Source: Candidatus Latescibacterota bacterium
GTDB taxonomy: Bacteria; Latescibacterota; UBA2968; UBA8231
Length of the DNA: 64,000 nt
Assembly: GCA_965197905.1 (NCBI GenBank)
Contig: CBDAOB010000005.1
Location: forward strand, 992,001 to 1,056,000
Direction: 5' to 3'
The notes below the pieces were generated by a model. It had not been told where the DNA came from, made no database searches, and worked only from the letters and a program-made list of their open reading frames with translations. Position numbers and translations under genes: made by a program. Below are positions 39,960 through 50,452 of the stretch, one piece after another (within the stretch, counting starts at the first letter, position 1; the number at the start of each line of letters is the position of its first letter).

Positions 39960-41429
39960 ATGAGCACCCAGACTGCTTCTAGAGTGCCCAATTTCGTAGG
40001 TGGCACTGAACAGACCAGTGACGCCGAACGCTCGATTCCTTTGACCGTGCCCGCCACCGGTGAAACAATCGGCGAGGTGGCTGTCACTTCGGCAGCTGAG
40101 CTGGATACAGCCGTCTCGGTAGCCGAGGAAGCCCAAAAAGCTTGGGGCGCGCAGACCATCAAGGATCGAGCCCAGGTGCTCTTCGCGGCCAAACGGCTCT
40201 TCGAAGAGAACACCGAGCAAATCGCCGAGATCATTAGCCGCGAAAACGGCAAAACCCTCGCTGAAGCCGGCGCCAGCGTGTCGCGAGGTATCGAGTGCAT
40301 AGAGTTCGCCACCAGTTTACCGCAGATCGCCGCCGGCGAGGTCCTGGAGGTGAGTCGCGGCATCGAATGCAAGACGGTGCGTTTTCCGCTGGGAGTGGTG
40401 GCGAGCATCACCCCGTTCAATTTCCCCGCCATGGTGCCCCTCTGGATGACGCCGATGGCCATCGGCATGGGAAACGCGGTCATCATCAAACCATCTGAGC
40501 AGACCCCACTGGCGGCGGTCGAAGTGGCCAAGCTGTTCCTGGAAGCCGGGGCGCCTCCCGGTATCGTATCGGTCGTGCATGGCGACCGGGAAACGGTGGA
40601 ATCGATCTGCGACCATCCGCGGATACGCGCGATCGGATTCGTCGGTTCCACCACTGCGGCCAAGGCGGTCTACGAGCGGGGCACGGCCCACGGCAAGAGG
40701 GTGCGGGCGATGGGCGGCGCCAAGAACCACCTGGTGGTGATGCCGGATGCCGATGCGGAAATGACCGCCGCCAATGTGATCGCTTCATCCATGGACTGTG
40801 CCGGCCAACGTTGCATGGCCGCCAGCGTCATGCTGGCGGTGGGTGACGTCGACCATATCATCGAGCTGGTTCGCGACAAGATGTCCGCGATCGAGGCGGG
40901 TAACCAGATGGGTGCTATCATCAGTCCAAAAGCGAAAGAGCGCATCGAGGGTTATGTCGAGCGCGCGGCGAAGAACGGTGCTGACTTAATTCTCGATGGC
41001 CGCGAACAGGTGGCTGCGGGGGCGCATCCGGAAGGGAATTTCGTCGGACCGTCGATCATCGATCGCGCTTCAGCTGACCACGAAGCCGCATGTGACGAGA
41101 TCTTTGGCCCCACCTTGACCATCGTGCGCTGCAAGGATCTGGAGGAAGCTCTGGCGGTTGAGAACGGCAATGCCTATGGCAATGCCGCCGCCATCTATAC
41201 CAGCTCCGGCGAGGTTGCCCAGTACTTCGGCGAGCGCGCCAGCGCCGGCATGGTCGGCATCAACATCGGCGTGCCGGTGCCGCGGGAACCGTTTGCTTTC
41301 GGCGGTTGGAACCAGAGCAGCTTCGGCGGCGGCGACATCACCGGCCGCAGCGCCATCGACTTCTGGTCCAAAACCAAAAAAATCACCACCAAGTGGTCCG
41401 ACCAATATCGGAAGGACTGGATGAGCTGA
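39960..41429 (+). CDS. mmsA: CoA-acylating methylmalonate/malonate-semialdehyde dehydrogenase
   Basis: ITPFNFPAMVPLW, KPSEQ, FVGST, MGGAKNH, AGQRCMA, EIFGP, GINIGVPVP. Confidence 0.9.
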   Translation: MSTQTASRVPNFVGGTEQTSDAERSIPLTVPATGETIGEVAVTSAAELDTAVSVAEEAQKAWGAQTIKDRAQVLFAAKRLFEENTEQIAEIISRENGKTLAEAGASVSRGIECIEFATSLPQIAAGEVLEVSRGIECKTVRFPLGVVASITPFNFPAMVPLWMTPMAIGMGNAVIIKPSEQTPLAAVEVAKLFLEAGAPPGIVSVVHGDRETVESICDHPRIRAIGFVGSTTAAKAVYERGTAHGKRVRAMGGAKNHLVVMPDADAEMTAANVIASSMDCAGQRCMAASVMLAVGDVDHIIELVRDKMSAIEAGNQMGAIISPKAKERIEGYVERAAKNGADLILDGREQVAAGAHPEGNFVGPSIIDRASADHEAACDEIFGPTLTIVRCKDLEEALAVENGNAYGNAAAIYTSSGEVAQYFGERASAGMVGINIGVPVPREPFAFGGWNQSSFGGGDITGRSAIDFWSKTKKITTKWSDQYRKDWMS

Positions 41430-41431
41430 TC

Positions 41432-42979
41432 ATGAGCGAGCGGGGACCAAAAACCACACCCGTGCTTGACTGGCACGGGGTTTGGCCCGGATACGCCAGC
41501 TACGACGAAGAGGGCAACTATTTTCCCCAGGATATGCCCAGAGGCATCAGGCTCTCAGTACAGGAAGCGGTCCTCACCGAACCCGTTTTTCAGCTGGAGC
41601 AGCGCTGGGAACGCTCCTCGGTTCACTATCCGGCAATCATACGCGAGCCGGATCGATTCCGTCTTTGGTACCTGGCATATCCGGATGTAGACGACCCCTG
41701 GGTCAAGGCGGGAAACATTCCCGGTAAGTACCCAATCTTGTGGTGCTACGCCGAGAGTTCCGATGGCTACCACTGGGAACGACCCGAACTTGGCATCTAT
41801 TCCTTCGACGGCTCCACCGCCAACAACATCATGATGGCTTGTGGCAAAGTGGGTGCCATGGGATACATGCACCTGATGCGGAATCCCAAAGGGCCTGACG
41901 AAGAGCGCTACATCGCCGTCGGTATCGAGGGCGAGTTCAAGATCGATGGTCGCCCGGCCACTCAGAAGGAATACCTGGATCTCACCCACAAGCTGCAAGC
42001 GGCGGGAGATGCCGGCTCCATCGGCGAGCGGGTGGATCGGCAGGTGGTCGTGAAGGCGGGGATTTCACCTGATGGGTTGCACTGGACCCATCTCGAAGAG
42101 CCGATCCTGCGAACCCCATATCTGCTGGACACCCAGAACATCCTCGCCTACGACGACAGCATCGGAAAGTACGTTATCTATCTACGCAGCGGGCGTGCGC
42201 GGCGGCGCGCGGTGGCGCGCTACGAAGCGGAAAGCTTTCGCGGTCCCTGGGCCAACCATCTGGTGGTGCTTACCGCCGAACCGGATGATCCGCCGGACTG
42301 GTCGATATACGCGCCGGCCTACTGTCGCCATCCGCGGGGTGGACACCTGATGTTCTTCAGCCCCTTTCGCCAGGCCGGCGATCTGTTGGATGTCTATCTG
42401 GCGGTTAGTCATGATGGGCAGTTGTGGGCACGCCCGGAACGCAAACCGATTATCCCGCTTACGGATCGGTACGGCGGACTGTATCCCACGCCGGAGCTCG
42501 TGGAGCTGGATAGAGACACCTGGGGCGTCATGACCATGGGCTGCCAGCATGCCCACAATTATCTCGCCGCAAGCGCGGAGGACACCCTCAGACTCATGAA
42601 GAAACATCCGTCCGAATTCGTCTGGGCCACATGGAAGCGGGACCGGCTCGTGGCGATCGAAGCGGATGACTACGCCGAATTCACCATGTCGGAACTGGAA
42701 TGCTGCGGTGGGCAGTTACAGGTGAATTTCAAGACCCATCAACCGGGTGCCCACATCAAGGTCGAGATCGTCGACGGAGGCATACCCAATCGCTCCTCGG
42801 CGGAAAATCCGCCGGCGCTGGCTGGATTTGCCTTCGACAACTGCGACGCCCTTTCGGGCGACAACCTGGACGGTGTTGTCAGCTGGGGCGGCACCTCGGA
42901 TCTGTCCGCGCTCAAAGGCAAGAATATTCACCTGCGTTTTCGCATGGCTCGCGCCAAGCTGTTCGCGGTGACGCTATAG
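41432..42979 (+). CDS. Hypothetical beta-propeller glycoside-hydrolase-like protein (paralogue of 52485-54002)
   Basis: FRLWY, AESSDGYHWERP, SPDGLHW, LDTQN, VSHDGQLW, LRFRMARAKLFA. Confidence 0.72.
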   Translation: MSERGPKTTPVLDWHGVWPGYASYDEEGNYFPQDMPRGIRLSVQEAVLTEPVFQLEQRWERSSVHYPAIIREPDRFRLWYLAYPDVDDPWVKAGNIPGKYPILWCYAESSDGYHWERPELGIYSFDGSTANNIMMACGKVGAMGYMHLMRNPKGPDEERYIAVGIEGEFKIDGRPATQKEYLDLTHKLQAAGDAGSIGERVDRQVVVKAGISPDGLHWTHLEEPILRTPYLLDTQNILAYDDSIGKYVIYLRSGRARRRAVARYEAESFRGPWANHLVVLTAEPDDPPDWSIYAPAYCRHPRGGHLMFFSPFRQAGDLLDVYLAVSHDGQLWARPERKPIIPLTDRYGGLYPTPELVELDRDTWGVMTMGCQHAHNYLAASAEDTLRLMKKHPSEFVWATWKRDRLVAIEADDYAEFTMSELECCGGQLQVNFKTHQPGAHIKVEIVDGGIPNRSSAENPPALAGFAFDNCDALSGDNLDGVVSWGGTSDLSALKGKNIHLRFRMARAKLFAVTL

Positions 42980-42986
42980 CGTCCCG

Positions 42987-43802
42987 TCAGCGCCCGAAAC
43001 GAACCAGCTCGAAATTCCGGCTCGCCTCATCCGAGAGGTTGCCGGCGCGATCCCGAGAAAAAAAGAAGAAGGTGTAGGTTCCCAGCAGCGCATCGCCGCG
43101 AATCGGGAAGCTGTAGGAATACCGCCCATCGCCACTCACCAGGTCCCCGATTTCCGCATTGCCATCGTCAAACAGGAGAAAGTGGAATCCTCCCTCCTTG
43201 AAGTCGGTGCCCTCTGCGCTTTCCGCGCTCGCCCCGAAGCTACCGTCCGGCTTCAAGAACTTGAAATAGACTGAATCGATATCCTCAACTCCCTGCGGAT
43301 CGGAGACATTCAGTCGCACGAGCACCGGCAACGCGATCTGTCGCTGCAGGGTGTCCGGTGATTCAATGGCAAACAGGCTGGGGCGCAGATTCTCGACAAA
43401 TATCGACTTCTCCAGGGTGTTCGAAAGGGCGCCTTTGGAATCCATGGCCTGGAACTCAAGTGAGTAATCGCCCGAAAGACCGGCTCCCAGGGTGGAGTCG
43501 AACAATGCACTGAACTTGCCGCTGTCCGCGGAATGTTCGTCGAGGATAGAAAGGGTTTCGACCTTTGCAGACTCTCCGGCGCGCACGAAAGACATCAGCA
43601 CGGCTGGCAGATCGCTTATGGAATCGCTGTCCTGGGCGGTGGCGGCAAATTGGACAGGGTGCGTGCCCGACAGCAGGGAGTCGGGCGCATCGATGCTCAA
43701 CAATACCGGAGCAATGGTTTTGCCGCTCCCAGTGCCTCCATCGCTGCCGCAAGCGTAGAAGAGGAAGGTCGCAAGCACAATCGATATTGAAGTGCGTGGC
43801 AT
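42987..43802 (-). CDS. Lipoprotein with two Ig-like domains (choice-of-anchor X-like DDG motif)
   Basis: Signal peptide with lipobox FYAC-GS; LLFDDGNAEIGDLVSGDGRYS; repeated F.A.D..G.LS endings. Confidence 0.75.
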   Translation of the reverse strand: MPRTSISIVLATFLFYACGSDGGTGSGKTIAPVLLSIDAPDSLLSGTHPVQFAATAQDSDSISDLPAVLMSFVRAGESAKVETLSILDEHSADSGKFSALFDSTLGAGLSGDYSLEFQAMDSKGALSNTLEKSIFVENLRPSLFAIESPDTLQRQIALPVLVRLNVSDPQGVEDIDSVYFKFLKPDGSFGASAESAEGTDFKEGGFHFLLFDDGNAEIGDLVSGDGRYSYSFPIRGDALLGTYTFFFFSRDRAGNLSDEASRNFELVRFGR

Positions 43803-43936
43803 CCACTTTCTCCAACGGAGTGATAATATAAGGTTCAGAATCGGCAGAAAGATAATGGTTCCCAAGCGCTCGCGGAAGCTGGTTAAAATGGCGGCGCGGC
43901 AGGATGGAACTCGCGATGCCGCAAGGCGTTACCTGA

Positions 43937-43965
43937 TTTACACTTTCTGCGCCCTCGCGTATATT
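43937..43965 (+). promoter_or_regulatory. Putative sigma70 promoter TTTACA-N17-TATATT for the TonB-receptor operon
   Basis: Near-consensus boxes with a 17-bp spacer; the ATG at 43974 lies 8 bp downstream with no SD sequence. Confidence 0.55.
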
Positions 43966-43973
43966 GACATTAT

Positions 43974-46900
43974 ATGTTATCGCCCCGCGCCACGTCTGTC
44001 AGGCGGTTGTATTTCGTCGGGCTGCTGTCCTTTTCGCTGATTCTGCTCTCTGTCGTTCCGCTGTTTGCCGGTAGTGGCAAGATAGCTGGCACCGTTCGCG
44101 ATGCCGGTAATGGCAATCCGCTGCCCGCCGCCAGCGTACGGGTAGTAGGTTCCAAACGCGGTGCGGTCTGCGACCGAAGCGGCCGTTTCTTCATTCTCAA
44201 TGTCCCGTCAGGAGTCTACTCCGTTCGTGCCAGCTACGTCGGTTACGCCGACGTCGTCGTGCAGGACGTGCGGGTGTCTCTCGATCTTACCTCCTCGTTG
44301 AATTTCGAGCTACCGCCTACTGAAATTCGCGTGGCTGAGATGGTGGTGCGGGCCGAGCGCCCCATCATCGACAAGAACGCCACCAATGCGGTGCGCATCG
44401 TCGGTGGTCCCCAGCTCGAGGCCCTGCCGTTTCGCGGGGTGCAAAACGCCTTGGCGATTCAGGCCGGTGTGGTCGAGGACGAGGGGCGGCTCCACGTTCG
44501 CGGTTCGCGAGCCGATGAGGTGGCGTATTTCGTCGAAGGGGCCAACGTGCGCAACCCCATTACAGGATTCAGCGCCGTCACCCTCATCGATGAGGCCTTG
44601 CAGGAAGTGCAACTGCAGGCCGGCGGATTCAACGCCGAATATGGCGGCGCCAACGGCGGCATCGTGCTTCAGGAACTGCGCACCGCCGGTCCCGCGTGGG
44701 ACGTCGGTTTTGTACTCGAGTCCGATCGCATCTCTTCGAAGTACAAGAAGCGGCTCGGCACCTACTCCTACGGCTACGGCGGCCAGGTGCTTACCATGAG
44801 CGGCCCCGTTCGGGGCAATCAGAATGTGCGTGCGCTGGTGGCGGCCCAACGCCGGGTCCGCGACTCGCGACCGGTATTCTGGCAGGGATTCCGCTTCGAG
44901 AATCTGGTGGACACGGGGGACCGGGGTGGGCGGATACATTGGGTGAATGGCTCGAACCCGGACACGGTTCGCGTACTGCGGATGAAGCCGGGCAACATCG
45001 ACCACACCGGCAGATCTCAGGTGGATGTCAACACCAATCTCCTGTTCGACTACCAGCCAATACAACTGCGGGTAACCGGCCTTTATTCCTTCGACGAGAT
45101 CGAGCTCAACCCGGCGCCGGTCCGAAACATGCTCAACACCGGGCGCCTGCCCCTATCCGAAAGCAGCTCGGGTTTACTCAACCTCAAGGCAACCCACGTT
45201 CTCGACGCTTCCACCTTTCTTCAGCTTCATTGGAGTTTTTACAAGCAGCGCCGCGAGACCTTCGATTCCGCGCTGGGCTCCAACTTCGTGGCCTACAACG
45301 ACAGCGCGGCGGTGGCGGAGGTTTTGTCTGACGGTATCCCCTATACACGTCAGGGTGCGCCGCCGCAGCCGTACGATATCAACGGCTTTCCATTTAGCCG
45401 TCCGGGGACGCCTACTTCTTTCGCCAATGGCAGCGAACGCTCGAGCGCTTACAGCAAAGAAGAAGATACCTACGCAGGGGTGGGAGGCAGCGTCACCAAG
45501 CAGCGCGGAAAACACCAGTTAAGGGCGGGATTTGATCTGCAGCGCTGGACTTCCCGCCGGTACCTGGTGGTGCTGAGCTCGCTCAGGTCCGGAATTCAAA
45601 ACACCTACCCGAATCTGGAGGAGGTGTACGAGCGGTACTACGCGGGCGAAATCGGCGAAGGCGAGATTCTCGCCGGTTTGATCGATGCTGCCAAGGTAGC
45701 TCCCGCAGGGGAAGGTGACCTCGCGGATTTTCGCGATTTCATGCGCAACACCAGCCGCGGCGATTTCTTTGGCTACGACGAGTTCGGGAGGCGGAACGAC
45801 ACTGACGGGTTGGAAGGTCCGCGGCATCCGCTTCTCGCATCGGCCTACCTTCAGGACAAGCTTGAATACGACGATCTCATTGTTCAGGCCGGTTGGCGCT
45901 GGGACTATTTCGACGCCGACAGCTGGCGTTTTGTCGATCCAGCGGCGCCCGTTCGCGATCAAGATCGGTTCACGGCCGTCGTACGCGATGACTCCGTCGG
46001 CACCTACACCGGCGTACCCGACGCGTCTATCATGCGCAAGACCCGCTCGTTTTCGGAGCTAAGTCCGCGGCTGGGTATTTCGTTTCCCGTGAGCGAGAGA
46101 ACCGTCTTCCACGTGCAGTACGGGCGCTTCTCCCAGATGCCGGCGATGCGCAGCATGTTCCGCGGGGGCGTCGGTCTTGCCGTCGAGTTGGGGGGACAGA
46201 ATTTCATCCCGTTTCCCACTGCGTTCGACGTGGAACCGGTGCGCACTACCCAGTACGAGATCGGCGTGGGACATCAGTTCCACGACAAGGCCTCCGTCGA
46301 TCTCACCGGGTTCTACCGCGACGTGAAGGGACAGCTGCAGCTGCAGCGCCAGCAGCTGTCCGCAGGTGCGGTCGATGCCAGTGCCTACAACTATCTGCAA
46401 AACGGCGATTTTGCCACCACCAGAGGTTTGGAGCTGGTGCTGCGGATGCGCCGTGCGCAACGATTGCTGACGCAGTTCGACTACACCTTGTCCGACGCAC
46501 GCGGCACTGGCTCGAGTCTCAACAGCGCCGTTGCCGGGGTGGAAAACAACACCAATCTGCCGACGGTCATCTCTCCACTCGACTTCAACCAGCGCCACAA
46601 GGGCAGCCTGATGCTGGACTATCGTTTTCCCGAGGATGAAGGCGGCCTCATTCTGCAGCGTATGGCAGTGAATCTCTTGATGGGGTTTACCAGCGGGCAC
46701 AACTACACCCTGGTCACCGGTTCCATCGGTCAGCGGGGTCCCGAGCTCGGGGGTATTCTGGCCAGCGACGATCCACGCTCGCGACAACCCCTGGAGTCGA
46801 TCAATAGCTCCTCGACGCCGTGGACCTTCAACGTCGACCTCAAGATCAACCGTGGATTCGACCTCTTCGGGAGTGATGCCACCGCATACTTCTACATTCA

Positions 46901-47144
46901 GAATTTCTTCAATCGCAAGAATGTGATCAACGTGTACGGGCGCACCGGCAACGATCGGGACGACGGATTTCTGACCGATCCCGATTTGAGCGGTCGAATC
47001 GTCGAAGCGAATGGGGGCGAGCAGTACCGCCGGTTCTACGAGGCGATAAACCTGGACAATCGCCAACACTACTGGTTTACCGAGCGCGGTGATATCTACG
47101 CGACGCCGCGGCGGATCCGTTTCGGGGTAAGGGTGGGTTTTTGA
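43974..47144 (+). CDS. TonB-dependent receptor with N-terminal carboxypeptidase-regulatory-like domain
   Basis: Signal peptide; GKIAGTVRDA..GNPLPAASV; plug HVRGSRADEVAYFVEG; GGFNAEYG; AYLQDKLEY; SPRLGISFP; C-terminal Phe (RFGVRVGF). Confidence 0.92.
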   Translation: MLSPRATSVRRLYFVGLLSFSLILLSVVPLFAGSGKIAGTVRDAGNGNPLPAASVRVVGSKRGAVCDRSGRFFILNVPSGVYSVRASYVGYADVVVQDVRVSLDLTSSLNFELPPTEIRVAEMVVRAERPIIDKNATNAVRIVGGPQLEALPFRGVQNALAIQAGVVEDEGRLHVRGSRADEVAYFVEGANVRNPITGFSAVTLIDEALQEVQLQAGGFNAEYGGANGGIVLQELRTAGPAWDVGFVLESDRISSKYKKRLGTYSYGYGGQVLTMSGPVRGNQNVRALVAAQRRVRDSRPVFWQGFRFENLVDTGDRGGRIHWVNGSNPDTVRVLRMKPGNIDHTGRSQVDVNTNLLFDYQPIQLRVTGLYSFDEIELNPAPVRNMLNTGRLPLSESSSGLLNLKATHVLDASTFLQLHWSFYKQRRETFDSALGSNFVAYNDSAAVAEVLSDGIPYTRQGAPPQPYDINGFPFSRPGTPTSFANGSERSSAYSKEEDTYAGVGGSVTKQRGKHQLRAGFDLQRWTSRRYLVVLSSLRSGIQNTYPNLEEVYERYYAGEIGEGEILAGLIDAAKVAPAGEGDLADFRDFMRNTSRGDFFGYDEFGRRNDTDGLEGPRHPLLASAYLQDKLEYDDLIVQAGWRWDYFDADSWRFVDPAAPVRDQDRFTAVVRDDSVGTYTGVPDASIMRKTRSFSELSPRLGISFPVSERTVFHVQYGRFSQMPAMRSMFRGGVGLAVELGGQNFIPFPTAFDVEPVRTTQYEIGVGHQFHDKASVDLTGFYRDVKGQLQLQRQQLSAGAVDASAYNYLQNGDFATTRGLELVLRMRRAQRLLTQFDYTLSDARGTGSSLNSAVAGVENNTNLPTVISPLDFNQRHKGSLMLDYRFPEDEGGLILQRMAVNLLMGFTSGHNYTLVTGSIGQRGPELGGILASDDPRSRQPLESINSSSTPWTFNVDLKINRGFDLFGSDATAYFYIQNFFNRKNVINVYGRTGNDRDDGFLTDPDLSGRIVEANGGEQYRRFYEAINLDNRQHYWFTERGDIYATPRRIRFGVRVGF

Positions 47145-50100
47145 GACAGCGACTCGCACTTGCGGTGGATCGACGAGGCATAAGGGCTGTCGTGTTTTCG
47201 GGTGTGATAACCCTCGCGTGGGTTGGCATGATGGTGTCGCCCGTCGAAGCCCGCCAGCAAAGCACCGTTTCGGTCCACGGAGTAGCCGCCGAGGTTTCGC
47301 TGCTCGGTGAGCGTTCCCTGTTGAACATCAACAACCTGTCCATGTGGTTTCGGCGCGACGGCTGGTCCGCCCGCCACCCCCTGCGGGTGAATTTCTCTGG
47401 CGTCACCTTTCCCAGGTCCACTGATCAAGTGGTCTACCAGGACGGGCTTGTGTGGGGTGGCAGGGTGTTGGACGGCGATCCCCAGGAGATCCGGGTGGGT
47501 GGACAGACCTTCGAGATTGGCACGGTTCCCGGGGCCATTACCAGCAAAGGCGTGCCGGAAGACCCGAACGATCCCAGGGTGCGCATCTACCGCGTGCGCG
47601 GCGACTACGAGACCACGGATCTTGAGCTCGATACCGCCGAGCTTCTGGATAAACCGCTGAGCCAGGTGAGCGACGACGAGGTCGCGCTCGTGCGCGCCCA
47701 ATATGCGGCCGACTGGCGCGAATGGCCCTGGCGCAAGGGAGCTCCCTTCTTCGATCGGGATGGAGACGGAAGCTACGATCCGGAGATAGATGAACCCTCC
47801 TTCCGCAACATCGACTGTACCGATGCACCTGACCCGTGTGCGAACAACGCCGACCAGATCGCCTGGTTCGTTGTGAATGACTTGAATCGTGGCGCCACCA
47901 GCGCGCTCTACGGCTCCAAGCCTATCGGACTCGAGATGCAGCTTACGTTATGGGCGTACGCGCGGACCAACGCCCTTGGCGACGCCATCTTCAAGCGTTA
48001 CAAGCTCCACTACAAGGGCACCGCGGAGGCAACCAGCGATGCCGCGATCGAGGATATGTATCTCTCCCTCTGGTCCGACCCGGACATCGGTGATTTCGGC
48101 GACGACTTCGCCGGCTCGGACACCGAACTGAATATGGGATTCGCCTACAACGCCAATCCGGAGGATGATCACTACCGCGTTTTCGAGCTGCCGCCGCCCG
48201 CCGTTGGGTACGATTTCCTGCAAGGACCGACCGTTATCGACGCCGATAGCGAGGGAGTATTCGATTTTCGGCGTCAGCGCGGGATTCGCAACCTGCCCAT
48301 GACATCGTTTGTCTACTTCGCGGCCGGCAGCGCCGTGGACGATCCACAGCTAGGGCGCTATTCCGGTACCCAGGAATGGTACAACCTGCTGCGCGGTTTT
48401 CAGCCCCAACCCAACATCGTCGAGCCGGTGCCATTCACCGATCCGAACACGGGCGAGGACAGCGTGTTTGCGCTCGATGGCGATCCGGTAAGAGGGACCG
48501 GGTGGGTGGACGGAATCCCACTACCGCCGGGCGATCGCCGCATCGTCATGAATACAGGACCGTTTTCCATGGCGTTGAACGACAGCCAGGAGGTGGTGGT
48601 GGCGCTGCTTGCCGGCCTTGGGAGCGACCATCTGCGCAGCGTTGATCGCCTGAAATTCTCCAACCGGTTCATCCAGGAGGCGTATGACGGCCTGTTTCAA
48701 ATTCCGGCTCCCCCCGCCGGGCCCAAGGTGCGCTCAGCGGTGGGCGATGGGGCGATTGTGCTGGATTGGGGGTTCGACCCTGGCGCCATGGACGCTACTG
48801 AAAATAACCTTGCCAGCACGTTCATGTTCGAGGGTTACAACCTGTATCAGTTCCCCTCTCTCGAGGCGGATATCTCCCAGGGCGTCAAGCTGGCGACGTT
48901 CGATCTCGCGAACGGAATTACCACCATATTGGGCGAAGAGCTGGACGATAGCTCCGGAGAAGTGCTCCGCCTTCCGCAGCAGATCGGTACCGATTCTGGA
49001 TTGAGATGGGTCTTTCGCGTCACGCGTGACGCTTTGCGCGCCGAGCCTCTGATCAATGGCCAGCCCTACTATTTTGCCGTAACCGCCTATAGTCGCAATA
49101 CAGAACCGGATGCGATCATCACGGCGTTGGAGTCCGTGCCTCGAAAACTCAGCGTCGTCCCTCAACAGGCACGTCCTGGGATTCGCCGTGACGCCGAAAT
49201 GAATGAGGTCATTCCGGTGCGGCAAGTCGCCGGCACCGGGGATGTGGTGGTTCGTCCTGTTGTCGTCAACCCGGTAGCCGTGGTAGACGCCACCTACACG
49301 GTGGATTTCGAACCGGGTTCCTGGAGTTTGTGGCGCGAAGACGAGGTGATCCTCAGCGGCCAGGACAACTACAGTCTCGATGACGGGTATCTGGCCGTGG
49401 ACGGCATCCAGGTGAAGGTGGGAAATCCTGTTCGCGAAACCCCTACCACCTTTTCCAACGCTACAGTCCTGATCGACGCCGATCCGACGGACGGCGAGCT
49501 CTCCTTCTGGGGTGATCCGACCTTGTTCGAGGAGGTCGACGGGTATGCCTCCACCTTCTGGGACGGGGGTGGGACCAATGATCCGGATCTGCTCGGGCGC
49601 GATCTGGAGCTCAGGTTTACCGGCATTCTCAATGCCGATGGATCTGAAGTAATTAATGGTGGCTCCAACGCGACGCTAGGAGGAGTACAACCGGGTTCCG
49701 CCGAGCGCTCACTGGACGCCCATCCGTTCCGTCCGTCTTCCGCCCCCGCAACCGGTCCGTTTCTGCAGCGGGTGCCGTTCGAGGTCTGGGACGTGGAGGA
49801 TCCCGAGGAGCCGCGCCAGCTGAACGCGTCGATCTTCGACCGTGGGGCCGACGGATCGGATAGTCGCAGCAGCGCCGCGTATCACAAGACCTACAACATG
49901 GCCGGTCGCGACTATATCACTATCGTGGCCACTCCATACGACTCCACCGCCATCCACACGCTGACCGATGCGAACACCACCTGGACTGTCTTCTTTCGGC
50001 AAGGTGGGTTATCTGCTTGGTCGACTGGCGATGTTTTACGCATCGAATATCCCAGTGTTCTGGTCCCAGGCGAAGACCGGTTCCAGTTCACCACCCGCGC

Positions 50101-50452
50101 GCAGAGGTACACGCTGGAAGCAGCGCGGGTGGATGTAAAGCGGATCAACGTCTTTCCGAATCCGTACTACGGGTTGAACCTGGCGGAGACCAGCAGCCAC
50201 GAGGGTTTCGTCACCTTCAGCCACGTGCCGGAGAAGGTTACCGTGCGCCTGTTCGATCTTGCGGGCAACCTGGTGCGCAGGTTGGAGAAGAACGATCCGG
50301 ACCAGTTTCTGCAATGGGACCTGCTGAACGATAACGAGCTTCCGGTGGCCAGTGGCATGTTCATCGCCCATATCGAGATGCCCGACTTGAAGGCCAGCAA
50401 GATTCTACAGCTGGCAATCGTTCAAGAGCAGCAGTTTCTGGAGAATTACTGA
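47141..50452 (+). CDS. Large secreted protein with FN3-like module and C-terminal T9SS type A / FlgD-Ig-like sorting domain
   Basis: Signal peptide ending VEA; WSDPDIG; FEGYNLY...NGQPYYFAVTAYS; C-terminal INVFPNPY...VRLFDLAGNLVR...WDLLN....VASGMF. TTG start overlaps the receptor stop. Confidence 0.85.
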   Translation: MRQRLALAVDRRGIRAVVFSGVITLAWVGMMVSPVEARQQSTVSVHGVAAEVSLLGERSLLNINNLSMWFRRDGWSARHPLRVNFSGVTFPRSTDQVVYQDGLVWGGRVLDGDPQEIRVGGQTFEIGTVPGAITSKGVPEDPNDPRVRIYRVRGDYETTDLELDTAELLDKPLSQVSDDEVALVRAQYAADWREWPWRKGAPFFDRDGDGSYDPEIDEPSFRNIDCTDAPDPCANNADQIAWFVVNDLNRGATSALYGSKPIGLEMQLTLWAYARTNALGDAIFKRYKLHYKGTAEATSDAAIEDMYLSLWSDPDIGDFGDDFAGSDTELNMGFAYNANPEDDHYRVFELPPPAVGYDFLQGPTVIDADSEGVFDFRRQRGIRNLPMTSFVYFAAGSAVDDPQLGRYSGTQEWYNLLRGFQPQPNIVEPVPFTDPNTGEDSVFALDGDPVRGTGWVDGIPLPPGDRRIVMNTGPFSMALNDSQEVVVALLAGLGSDHLRSVDRLKFSNRFIQEAYDGLFQIPAPPAGPKVRSAVGDGAIVLDWGFDPGAMDATENNLASTFMFEGYNLYQFPSLEADISQGVKLATFDLANGITTILGEELDDSSGEVLRLPQQIGTDSGLRWVFRVTRDALRAEPLINGQPYYFAVTAYSRNTEPDAIITALESVPRKLSVVPQQARPGIRRDAEMNEVIPVRQVAGTGDVVVRPVVVNPVAVVDATYTVDFEPGSWSLWREDEVILSGQDNYSLDDGYLAVDGIQVKVGNPVRETPTTFSNATVLIDADPTDGELSFWGDPTLFEEVDGYASTFWDGGGTNDPDLLGRDLELRFTGILNADGSEVINGGSNATLGGVQPGSAERSLDAHPFRPSSAPATGPFLQRVPFEVWDVEDPEEPRQLNASIFDRGADGSDSRSSAAYHKTYNMAGRDYITIVATPYDSTAIHTLTDANTTWTVFFRQGGLSAWSTGDVLRIEYPSVLVPGEDRFQFTTRAQRYTLEAARVDVKRINVFPNPYYGLNLAETSSHEGFVTFSHVPEKVTVRLFDLAGNLVRRLEKNDPDQFLQWDLLNDNELPVASGMFIAHIEMPDLKASKILQLAIVQEQQFLENY

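Noticed and set aside
40790..40815. MmsA active-site variant SMDCAGQRC (Asp where Gly is usual)
   Set aside because: Single substitution with the catalytic Cys retained; cannot be told apart from drift or error.
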